From NCBI RefSeq assembly GCF_030144855.1, contig NC_082721.1, positions 23,312,001 to 23,376,000 on the forward strand: a stretch of DNA of 64,000 nt. Direction: 5' to 3'. Numbering within the stretch: the first letter of the stretch is position 1; the number at the start of each line of letters is the position of its first letter. The position numbers were made by a program, and so were the translations under genes. This stretch comes from Hypanus sabinus. Lineage: Eukaryota. Below the pieces are notes generated by a model that searched no databases, was not told the DNA's origin, and worked only from the letters and a program-made list of their open reading frames with translations. Shown in pieces: positions 24,669-35,349 of this stretch.

Positions 24669-26087
24669 GGAGCTATAGTAAACCACTGTTTAAGTTCTGC
24701 AAAAGCAGTCTTCGCTTCAGTAATCCAGAAAAAAGGGCCCATGGATTTCTTAATTAGTGCTGTCAGCAGAGCTGCCACTGAGCTGAACTTCTTAATGAAC
24801 TTCTGGTAGAAGTTAGCAAACCCCAGGAATCATTGGACCTGTTTGATATTGGATGGTGGTGGCCAATCTCTGACTGCCTGGGTCTTGGTAGGGTCCATCT
24901 CAAGATTACCATTAAAGATGATGAAGCCCAAAAATGAAGCAGTCATCACATGAAACTCAGACTTCGCCAACTTGATGTAAAGTTCATGGCCACTTTAAAA
25001 TGTCCCTGATGTGAGTGTTGTGCTCCTCCACAGACTCCATGGATATCATCGAAGTAGGGGAAGGCATACTTATGGAGCGTATCCTGCAGCAGGTCATTTA
25101 TAAAGTCTTGGAAAATAGTGGGGCTGTTCGCAAGGCCAAAGGGCATAACCAAGTATTCATAGTACCCTGTTGGTGTAATGAATGCTGTCTTCCACTCATC
25201 ACTCTCCGTGATATAGACCAGATTGTAGACACTCTGGAGGTCTAACTTTGTGATGGCCCTCACCCCTCAGAGCATCTTGAAAGCCACATTCATAAGAGGA
25301 AGGGGGTAGAGATTCTTGGCCATTATGTGGCTTAATCCCCTGTAATCAATGCATGGCCGCAGGCTCCCATCTTTCTTTTGTACAAAGAAGAAACCTGCAC
25401 TGGCTGGAGAGATGGTGGGCCAAATGAAGCCCGTCGCAAGAGCTTCCTTTATATACTCCTCCATGGCGCTTCTCTCTGGGCATGAGAACATGTACAAATG
25501 ATCCCGTGGAGGACAAGTACCAGGCAGCAGGTCTATGGCACGATTGTAGGGTCGGTGAGGTGGAATAGTTGAGGCCTTTCCCTTGCTGAAGGGATCTGTA
25601 TGCTCCACGACCGCTGGACTAAGTGTGTAAATGTAGGAGGGGACTATGTTGAAAAATAAATGTGCTAAGTTTTCTAAAATTGACCTTCTACCTTAGGCCA
25701 CAGATATATCAATCACCCCTTGTATAATGTTGCTGGTGCTGTCATAAATAGTGTGCACATGATGGTAGCAGAGACTTCAGAACTCTCACAGTCTTGTAAG
25801 CACTATACAAAATACTCTACTTATGCATCTATTTACTTTCAAGAGCTACCTGTCAATTTATAATGATTAAATTTCTTGATTCACGGATTCAGATATTTCT
25901 TATCTTGGTGGTAGTGCATTCCTGTACTTTTACATTTTTCCACAGCATCAATATGCAGTTTAGAAACTTTATGTCAGGGCATGATGGGATACAGGGAAAA
26001 GACAGGAGACTGGGTCCAAGGGGGATCAGCCATGATGAAATGACGGAGCAGAGGGTTTCAATGCACTACTAACGCTAATTTACTTAC

Positions 26088-26303
26088 TGTGGTGAACTAC
26101 GTGTGCCTGTCTGGACACGCCCCCTGATGACTGCTCCTGTGGCTCCTCCCACAGGCCCCTGTATAAAGGCGATCTGAGGCCTGATGCTCGGCCTCAGTCT
26201 CCAGGACGTAGTATGATGGTCACTCACTTCTGGTTCCTTCTTCCAGTCAATAAAAGCCGATATCTCGCCTTACGTCTCAGAGTGAGTTATTGATGGTGTA
26301 TCA
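26088..26303 (+). mobile_element. Short solo LTR (216 bp), 5-bp TSD CTTAC
   Basis: TG...CA termini, TATAAA and AATAAA inside, TSD at 26083-26087 and 26304-26308. Confidence 0.88.
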
Positions 26304-26448
26304 CTTACATCACAGGTAGTTTATCCATGGTTGTGGGAAAATTGTCACTAACAGTTGAGCCAAGTTGCACAGTGGTGGAATGTATCAGTATCCAGTAAAC
26401 ATGAGCTGAATCAGTACAGAACATGAAATAATGCCATGCTCTTCATGG

Positions 26449-26673
26449 TGTGGTGAACTACATATACCTGTCTGGACACCCCCCCCCCCCCCCGCTGACT
26501 GCACAGACCTATAGACCGTGGCTCCTCCCATAGACCCCAGTATAAAGGCGATTGGAGGCACAGCCCCTTCCTCAGTCCAGGATGTTGTGCGGTGGTCACT
26601 TGCTGCTTGTGCTTTCTTCCAGCCAATAAAAGCCTACCTTAACCCATGTCTCAGAGTTATTGATGGTGCATCA
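26449..26673 (+). mobile_element. Short solo LTR (225 bp), 5-bp TSD CATGG; same family as 26088-26303
   Basis: TGTGGTGAACTAC...TTATTGATGGTGCATCA, TATAAA and AATAAA inside, TSD at 26444-26448 and 26674-26678. Confidence 0.88.
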
Positions 26674-27224
26674 CATGGCTTCCCTTAAATGCTAACAAGA
26701 GTAATTGAGTTATATACAGTTTCACCAGAATGACATTGTGTTTTACCTTCCTGGCACAGTTCCTCCAACTGACTCACTTCAGAATCATCCTACTCCTTAG
26801 TTTTGCTTTAACCATAGAGACATGACTTCAGCCAGTGTACTGAGTCAGATTATTGTAATTCAAGTGCATGATCTAATTTGACATCACCACACAATACTAC
26901 TTAACAAGGTAATCTGGTCTTTTACCTCATTATCATCTGTGCTACCTTACAATATTCAAATATCCCCTTTTCCTTTATTTTTACAGTAATGACAATATTT
27001 TTAAAGAACTTGGTTGTAAAATGCTTTAGAAAGACTTCAGGTAAAGAGCCATTGTGAAAAGATCAATTGGTGAAACTGAATTCTTAGAATCAGTAATTTT
27101 TGTGTAGGCATGTTTTTTACCTCTCTCCCTTTGCTCTGTTCCTTTTAAAGCACAACTCACAGTTTCTAGTTTTGACAAACAATTTTATCATTCATTTTGG
27201 ATGTGAAGAGAATAAAATAAAGGA

Positions 27225-27735
27225 TATCAGAATCAGGATTATTACTATCAACATATGCAATGAAATGGGTTGATTTGTAGCGGCAGTACAGTGGAAGACA
27301 TAAAAATTATTATTATATGTTGCAACATATGGAAAACAGTGTTAAAGACAAATAATGAGGAAGTGTTCATGGGCCATTCAGAAATTTGCTGGTGGAGGGG
27401 TGGAAGCTGCTTTTAAAATGCTGAGTGGTTTTCGGGCTCCTGTTGGTAGTAATATGAAGAATGCATGTCCCAGATGGTGAGAGTTTTTAATGGTGAATGT
27501 TGTCTTCTTGAGGCACTGCCTCTTGAAGATGTCCTCAAAGGCTGGGTTGAGTTGTGCTCCTGATAGTTCTAACTGAGTCTACAACCCCCTCCAGCCTCTT
27601 GCAATCCTGTCCATTGTAGGTTCCATACCAAAATGTGATGCAACCAGTGAGATTGCTCTTCACCATTCATATATAGAAATTTGCAAGTCTTTGGAGAAAT
27701 CCTAAATATCCTCAAACTTCAGATGAGGTAGATTG
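27225..27735 (-). mobile_element. Rex1/Babar LINE 3' end
   Basis: ATCAGAATCAG tail (reverse of TGATTC) and an RT C-terminal remnant homologous to 11430-12115. Confidence 0.7.
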
Positions 27736-27810
27736 AGTAAGTTGTTAACACTGAAATAAAGGAATGGCCATGACCTACTTCCATTGCCGAACAGATACAA
27801 GGGTATGATT

Positions 27811-28053
27811 TTAAAAGGCAAACACGAGGAAATCTGCAGATGCTGGAAATTCAAGCAACATACACAAAATGCTGGTGGAACGCAGCAGGCCAGGCAGCAT
27901 CTATAGGGAGAAGCAATGTTGACGTTTCGGGCCGAGACCCTTCGTCCGGACGTCAGGGTCCTGACGAAGGGTCTCGGCCCAGAACATCGACAGTGCTTCT
28001 CCCTATAGATGCTGCCTGGCCTGCTGCGTTCCACCAGCGTTTTGTGTGTGTTG
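27811..28053. mobile_element. Fold-back Penelope-derived insertion: two head-to-head ~97-bp pLTR arms, each with a hammerhead-like motif
   Basis: Arms at about 27855-27951 and 27959-28054 are near-perfect reverse complements; TSD CAAGGGTATGATT at 27798-27810 and 28054-28066; sequence nearly identical to the pLTR at 6060-6192. Confidence 0.9.
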
Positions 28054-28295
28054 CAAGGGTATGATTGGCTGTTTCCTGTCTCTGTATCTCAGGTCAAAGA
28101 TCCTGAATCAGCACATTGACCAGAAAGGTTAACATCTTTTCTCTTTCTACAGATGCTGATTATTCCCAGTGTATTATAAGGCCATTAGATATAGGAGTGG
28201 CATTAGGCCATTCAGCCCATAGAGTCTGCTCTGCCATTCAACCATGACTGATTGATATCCCTCTCAACCCCATTCTCCTGCCTTCTCCCCATAAC

Positions 28296-29534
28296 GAGCA
28301 CAGTGGTTAGAGGGGAGCAGATGGACGTTATTTATTTAGATTTCCAGAGGCATTCGATAAAGTGCTGCATAAAAGACTTATCCCTAAGATAATGATGCAT
28401 AGAGTTGGGGGTGATGTATTAGCATGGAAAGTGGATTGGTTAACCAATAGAAAGCAGAGAGTTGGGATACATGGGTGTTACTCTGGTTGGCAATCAGTGG
28501 TGAGCAGTGTCTCGCAGGGGTCAGTGCTGGGCCCGCAACTGTTTACCATATACATTAATGATCTGGAAGAGGAGAACTGAGTGTCGTGTATCTAAGTTTG
28601 CTGATGATACTAGATTGAATGAAAAAGCAAATTGTGCAGAAGATACGGAGAGCCTGCAGAGAGATATAAGTAGGTTAAGTGAGTTGACGAGGGTCTGATA
28701 GATGGAGTACAATGTTGGTAAATGCAAGGTCATCCACTTTGGAAGGAAAAAAGAAAGAGCAAATTATTAATAAAGTGGTAAAAAAATTGCAGCATGCTGC
28801 TCCGCAGGGGGACTTGGGAGTGCTTGTGCACGAATCACAACAGGTTGGTTTGCAGATACAGCAGGCTAGTAAGAAGGCAAATGGAATGTTGGCCTTCATT
28901 GCTAGAGGAATTGAATTTAAAAGCGGGGGGGCGGGGGTCATGCTGCAACTGTACAAGGTACTGGTGAGGCCGCACCTGGAGTACTGCGTGCAGTTCTGGT
29001 TTCCTTACATGAGGAAGGATATACTGGCTTTGGAGGCAGTGCAGAGGAGGTTCACCAGGTTGATTCCAGAGATGAGGTGGCCAGACTATGAGGAAAGGTT
29101 GAGTTGCCTGTGACTGTACTCACTGGAATTCAGTAGAATGAGAGGAGATCTTATAGAAACATATAAAATTATGAAAGGGATAGATAAGGTAGAGGCAGGA
29201 AAGTTGTTTCCACTGGTAGGTGAGATTAGAACTAGGGGACATAGCCTCAAGATTCAAAGGAGTAGATTTAGGACTGAGATGAGCAAGAACTGCTTTTCCC
29301 AGACAGTGGTGAATCTGTGGAATTCTCTGCCCAATGAAGCAGTGGAGGCTACCTCAGTAAATATATTTAGACAAGGTTGGATAGATTTTTGCATAGTGGG
29401 GAATTAAGGGTTATGGGGAGAAGGCAGGTAGGTGAAGATGAATCCATGGCCAGATCAGCCATGATCTTATTCAATGGCGGAGCAGGCTTAACGCGCAGAT
29501 GGCCTACTCCAGCTCCTATTTCTTATGTTCTTAC
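28296..29534 (+). mobile_element. CR1 LINE RT and 3' end (5'-truncated)
   Basis: DVIYLDFQ.AFDKV, QGSVLGP.LF.IYINDL, KFADDT, LVRPHLEYCVQFW, RTRGHSLKI; TCTTATG tail. Confidence 0.92.
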
Positions 29535-29820
29535 AACCTTTGACACCCTTTCTAATCAAGAGCCTATCAACCTCCAATTTTAATATACCAAATGACTTGG
29601 CCTCCAAAGCAGTCCGTGGCAATAAATTCCACAGATTCACTACCCTCTAGCTAAATAAATTCCTCCTCATCTCTGTTCTATAGGGATGTCCTTCTATTCT
29701 GTGGCTATGCCCTCTGGTCCCAGACTGCCCCACTATAGGAAACATCCTCTCCACATCTACTCTATCTAGGCCTTTCGATATTTGATAGGTTTGAATTATG
29801 TTCCCCCCATTCTTCTAAAC

Positions 29821-31388
29821 CGGGGGTCGGCAACCTGCGGCTCCCGAGCCATTTGTGGCTCTTTCACCTCTGTGCTGCGGCTCCCTGTGGCTTTGGGAAA
29901 TAATTGGTCAGTATTTAATTAAAATGTATTTTATGTTAGTTTGTTAGCTTTTGAAATGTAATTATGGTGATCTTGTACATTTCCTGCCACATCCGAAACG
30001 GCTCACAATTAGCCGGCATTCCGGCTAAGGGAGATAGCCTACGGGGGTTTGTGAGTACGCGTCTTTTGCAGCATCTGCGTCCATGGGGGCTGGGTTGAGG
30101 GAGGCTTAAAAGCAAGGCTGTTTAGTTCGAATAAAGCTATCTTTGACTGCAGTTTACTGACACCGCTACAACGTGTTTTTATCGCTGGCTGTCCAGACGG
30201 AAGGTGCTGAAACGCTTTGTCGCGTGTCTGGAAGAAGTGAAAACTTTCCTGGGCAGCAAAGGGCTCACCTTTCCTGAGCTGGAACAGCCAGAGTGGCTGG
30301 AAAAGCTACACTTCATGGTAGACATGACAGCGCACCTGAACACGCTGAACACAGCTCTTCAGGGGAAAGGACGTACAGCCCTGCACACGTTGGAGGATGT
30401 TTTGGCATTCGAGCGCAAGTTGACAGTGCTTGCCAGAGATTTACAGAAAGGCACTTTGTCTCACTTCCCCAATTTGAGAGAGTTCAAACAAGGTCACGAC
30501 ATGATAATTTCGGAGTATTTACATTCTGCAATCATCGCAATGCAAACATCGTTTGGGAAACGCTTCTGTGAGTTCAGAGAGGAAAAAAACACATTATCCT
30601 TCCCGGTCACTCCCTTAAGCATCGATCCTTCCCTACTGAATACGACTGCATTGGCAGGTGTGAGTCAACCTGATCTTGAGATGGAACTGGCCGACATAGC
30701 CGACAAAGACATATGGGTGTCCAAGTTTAGACGCTTGACAGCAGACCTTGAAGATGTTGCCCGTCAGAAGGCCGTTCTTGCTCAGAAACACAAATGGAGT
30801 GATATTGAAAACCTCACAGATGACAGCTTGCGATCCTGTGTAAAGATGAAGGTGACATCATACAGCCCTGATGTGCAGACGCTGTGCGCTGAGGTCCAGG
30901 AGCAGAAATCCCATTAACCAAGTATGATAAATATTTTAATTGCCTATTATTTTACTTATATTCATATTTTTTCATAGTTCAGTGAAATAGTCCTTTCATT
31001 TTTCAGGATGACAGCTGGCTGACGTTATTTTTGGTTTGCTGCTGGCGGAAAATTTAAGTTCGGCGTTTTTCATAAATACAAGAAGGACTCAAATAGACAT
31101 TGAATATTTTACTTAAAAGTAACTTTCAACCCAACGTCTTTTTTTCGGAGTTCAAAATGTTTTTGTTGCATGCAGAAATGTAATTTCGTTTTCTCTGCAG
31201 GAGTTCATCAATTTCATAAATGCAACACATTATAGTTTGTTTATACATAGCATAAAGGCAAAAAAAAACGTTGTATGCAGTGTTATTTCATTTTAAATGT
31301 CAAACGGGTTTTGCGGCTCCCAGTGTTTTCTTTTCTGTGGGAAACGGGTCCAAGTGGCTCTTTCAGTGGTAAAGGTTGCTGACCCCTG
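29821..31388 (+). mobile_element. hAT (Charlie-type) DNA transposon, internally deleted, with a transposase C-terminal fragment at 30204-30917
   Basis: TIRs CGGGGGTCGGCAACCT / AGGTTGCTGACCCCTG; 8-bp TSD TTCTAAAC at 29813-29820 and 31389-31396; ORF motif W..KL.F.VD.T.HLN.LN..LQGK typical of Charlie/GTF2IRD2/ZBED5-like transposases. Confidence 0.93.
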
Positions 31389-31600
31389 TTCTAAACTCTA
31401 GTGAGCACAGACCCAGAGCCATCAAACACTCCTCACAGGTTAACCCTTTCATTCCTGGAATCTCGTGAACAACACCCCCACCCCTGGAACCCTCTCCAGT
31501 GCCAACATGTCTTTTCTTTTCTTAGATAAAGGGCTCAAAATTGCTCTGGATACTCCAAGTGCGGTCTGAGTAACGTCTTATAAAGCTTCAGCATCACATC

Positions 31601-31727
31601 AAAACCACTACAGTTTCTGCAGATGCGGAGTCAGATGAAGGGTCTTGGCCTAAATCATCCACTGTTAATTTATTTTTATAGATGCTGCCTGACCTGCTGA
31701 GTTCCTCCAGCATTTTCAATGTTGTTA
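31601..31727. mobile_element. Penelope pLTR remnant (tail plus inverted arm)
   Basis: TCTGCAGATGC tail followed by ..GATGAAGGGTCTTGGCC...GATGCTGCCTGACCTGCTGAGTTCCTCCAGCATTTT; imperfect TSD AGCATCACATC / AGCATTGCATC. Confidence 0.65.
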
Positions 31728-32518
31728 AGCATTGCATCCTTGCTTTTAAAATTCTTGTCCTCTCAAAATTGATTCTAACATTACTCTTGCCTTCCTTATC
31801 ACTGCCTCAGCCTGCAAGGAACCCTTAGGGAATCTGCAACAGAACTCCTAAGTCCCTTTACACTTCTGATTTCTGAACTTTTTTCCCCATTTAGAGGATA
31901 ATCTATGCCTTTACTCCTGCTACCAAAGTGCACGATCATACACGTCACTACACTATATTCCAACCTTACTTCTTCGCCCATTCTCCTAATCTGTCTAAGT
32001 CCTTCTGCAGACTCCCCACTTCCTCAACACTACCTGCCCCTCCACTTATCTTGGCATCATCCACAAACTTCGCCATATATTGTCTCAATTTCATATTTTC
32101 TTCGATGTTTCTGTTATATTTGACATATATTAGACCCAACCTGATCTGTTTTGAATTTTAGGATTACAGTATCCAAATAAATTTGTTTTTTGATAAAACC
32201 CCATTAAAAAAAATCAGGATATTTACAATCCAACTACCTGTAATTTAATCGAATCCCGCAATCCAGGACAAAATTCGGTCTCTCGCCAGTTGATGGCGTG
32301 TCAAGTCCACCCCCATTGCCACCAGGTTCCTCCAACGGTTTGAATCATGGGAACCCTTTCCACTGGACTTTGCTCTTGTTCAAACCTCAATTGCGAAAGC
32401 TTGGTGGAAGTTGCAAGAGTTTTCTTCTGACTCGGAAACCAGATGTAAGTTTTAAAAAATTGGGGTAAATGATAAATTACAAAAGACATAAGCAACTGCC
32501 TTCCTGTTGATATGTGAT

Positions 32519-32860
32519 TTCACCTGTCTCAGGTGAAAAGGACTGGGAATTATTTTTTTATATATAACTAAGCGTTTGAGACGAAAGTTAAGCTGCAAAA
32601 TGGGATGTCGATGTTTAATGTTGTGGAGACGCTGCCCAGCGTGACCAGCGCTCGTCCTCCCCGAGCTCTTGGCCGTTGGGTTGGCATCGCGTGCCCGGCC
32701 GTTGGTGCCACTAGGCGAGGGGTAGGGCAGGGCACTGGGTGGAGATTTGGGCGGAAGACGGCTTCATTCGACGATACCGACGCGGATAGCCGTAACCTGA
32801 GGGAGATCACAGCGTTTCTGACTGAAATGTTACACCACTTTACCGATCGGTTTGGTAAGT
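32519..32860 (+). promoter_or_regulatory. CpG-rich island with TATA-like box and splice donor: candidate promoter and non-coding first exon of the semaphorin
   Basis: TATATATAA at 32559-32567, a dense CpG segment at about 32570-32850 not recognised as a TE, and TTG|GTAAGT at 32855-32860. Confidence 0.5.
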
Positions 32861-34044
32861 AGCTGTACTAAGTAGCTATAGCGACGCTTTACTTCCAAAT
32901 GTTTGACACGGCCAACCAAGTTTAGTGCTGGGCTGGAGGGACTTCTACCGAGCTACTACTGCCTGTGTATTTCTTCTGCTGTGGTCAGTCAGCTTCCAGT
33001 GTTTGGATTGGTCTGACAGTTGTACTGAGATATGCAATAGTAGACGTGGACCCATTTAGTTGTGACTTATTTGACCAACCACTCGCCACCAAATCAAAAA
33101 TTTATGGGTTCAGGACCATTCCAGGAGGTTTGAACGCAAAAGAAAATCCAGCTGAGATTCCAGTGCGCGACAGAGTGGGTGTGTTACATTATCAAAGATG
33201 TTCCTGTTCTAATAAAATACTGAATTGTCTTGTTCTGTCAGATAAATTAGAAAGTTTCTAGGGGCACAAAATTGACAAAGTTTGATGACTCTATACTGCT
33301 GACATGCAAAAACAATTAAGCTAGACTTTTCTTGCATTGTCCTATCTATCACCACTACAATCTGTGGTAGTGAACCTAGACTTTTCCAAAAAATGTTTTC
33401 ACTTGTGTCACCTTTTGTTCTTTTGCCAATCACCTTCGCTCTTTATCCTTTGATTCTTGGCCACTCTGTTGATGGGAATAATTTCTACTTGGCTAGTCTA
33501 ACATACATTTAAATAACTGTCAGAGAACCTTGTGACTTCTTTCCCAGTAAGTTTTGTTTCTCCAGTCTACCACATAAGGCAGAAAGAGACTCACTTGACA
33601 TTGAACTAGTTTTGGTAAATCTAAAAGGCACCTGCCTGCCTGTGGCACCTTTCAATGCTTTATGAAAATCCAAATACACACTAGATCTATAGAATGTGCT
33701 TTTGTAGAATTTGCTTTCTAGATCCTGGAGAAGACTCAAACTAATTTTTCTAAATTGATTTATCTTTAATAAAACCACATTGATTTATTGTATTAAGCTT
33801 TTCTAAATCACCAACGAGTTCTTCCATGATAATAGACCCCAGCACATTGGTAGCAATACGTAGGAAGGAAATTAGGCAAATTGGACGCATGATATCTTTG
33901 ACATATCGGTTGAAGGAGAATCCTAGTAGCAAATGGATAACCAGGGAGAGATTGTAGGGACTTTGAGCTGCAAGAGATGCATGAAGTTTTAAGTGGATAC
34001 AGTACTTCTCCTTGTATTTACTGTAGAGAAAGTAACAACACAGT

Positions 34045-34525
34045 AGCACAGCAGTATAAGGCTTTACACCGCCAGTAATCACAAGATTGAGTTTCAACTG
34101 CCGCTGTCTGTAAAGGGTTTGTATGTTCTCCCCATGACTGCATGAGTTTCTTCACACATTCCAAAGATACGGGTAAGGGTTAGTAAGTTGTAGGCGTGCA
34201 ATATTGGCACCAAAAGGATGGTGAAGCTTGCACGCTGTCCCCTGCACATCCTTGGTCTGTGATGGTCATTGATGCAACTAACACATTTCACTGTATGTTT
34301 AAGGTAGCACTGTAGCCTAGCAGTTAGCAAAACACTATTATAGCACCAGCAGCTCAGATTCAATTCTGCCGCTGTCTCTAAGGAGTTTGTACATTCTCCC
34401 TGTGACCATGTGAGTTTCCTCCGGGTGCTCTAGTTTCCTTTCACACTCCAAAGATATATGGGTGGTAGGTTAATTGGTCACATGAGTATAATTGGGCAGT
34501 GCAGAACAGGCTTGTTGGGCTGTAA
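34045..34525 (+). mobile_element. Tandem V-SINE (HE1-like) copies
   Basis: Repeated TTCAA.TGCCGCTGTCT.TAAG...TTTGTA..TTCTCCC..TGAC..TGAGTTTC...CCAAAGAT blocks. Confidence 0.75.
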
Positions 34526-34539
34526 ATAGAAAGTGATAA

Positions 34540-35165
34540 AAATTAGGGACTTTACGGAAGTGATGCCTGGGAATATATTAATTATGTGAAAATGGAAGTA
34601 TTAGCAATGTTGAGGTGCATAAAGATGGATAAACCCATGGGTCCTGATCAAATGCCCCCTAAGCCATTATAGGAAGCAAAGAAAGAAATTGTTGAGGCTC
34701 TGGCAGAGATTTTTGAACCTTCCCTAGCTATAGTACATGCGAGATACTAGAAAATTGGAAGGTGGTTAATGTTATGCTTTTTTATTTAAAAAGGACTGCA
34801 GGGACGAGCCAGTATTCTTCAGGCTGGTAACCCTAACTTCCATAGTGGAAAAGTTACTAGAGGATATCTGAAAGATGTGATCTATCTGCACTTGGAAAGA
34901 CAAAGAGCTGATTAGGGATAGTCAGCATCCTTTTGTGTGTGGGAAGTCATGCCACTCAAATTTGCTTGAGTATTTTGAGGAGGAAATAAGGGCAGTACAG
35001 TAGATGTTGTCTACTTGGACTTTAGCAAGGATTTTGATAATATCTGGCATCATACGCTGGCTCTGAAGGGGAGATCACTGGACAGTTTACACTGGACAAT
35101 TGGATATAAAATTGATTTGGTCATAGTGGATGGCTGTTTTTTTTCAACTGGAGGCCCATAAACAG
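34540..35165 (+). mobile_element. CR1 RT fragment
   Basis: DKPMGPD, LIRDSQH.F..GKSC.SNLLEYFE and DVVYLDFSK.FD remnants. Confidence 0.75.
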
Positions 35166-35349
35166 CAGTGTACCTACTCCTGCTGCTTGGATTTCCAACA
35201 TCTGCAGAGTTCCTTTGTTTTTGCTATTTCTTATGTTCTTATTTTTGTAGAAGCTCAGTTGTTGCCTTTTACCCGAGACTACTACTGCAAAAGTAGTGCT
35301 TCTGTTAGCATGTCAGACAGTATGGAAACAAGCTTCATGGCCCACTGAA

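Larger units (their letters stand above)
20573..25610 (-). mobile_element. Chromoviral Gypsy (Sushi/Amn-like) LTR retrotransposon, 5'-truncated, carrying two nested solo LTRs
   Basis: RT ([46 protein letters not shown]), RNase H, integrase (YWWPGM..EIQQYVQAC.VC...PGLLHPLP) and chromodomain (QYLVDWEGF.PEE.CW, 21652..21930). Purine tract next to a TG...CA 3' LTR at 20573-20886. Confidence 0.9.
28175..32070 (-). mobile_element. Old CR1 3' fragment, interrupted by a plus-strand CR1, a hAT element and a Penelope remnant
   Basis: Minus-strand CR1 tail at 28175-28295 resumes at 29535-29820 and 31389-32070. Confidence 0.75.

Noticed and set aside
26088-26673. TRIM or mini LTR retrotransposon
   Set aside because: Each LTR has its own TSD, the outer flanks (CTTAC, CATGG) differ, and there is no PBS or PPT in the spacer.
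27855-28054. miRNA precursor, or DNA-transposon MITE
   Set aside because: The arms are Penelope pLTR sequence; TSD length varies among copies (9-13 bp) and there is an unpaired tail on one side, unlike a MITE.
30204-30917. Host gene such as GTF2IRD2, ZBED5 or EPM2AIP1
   Set aside because: Enclosed by TIRs and an 8-bp TSD, lacks the N-terminal half and an ATG start; it is a transposon fragment.
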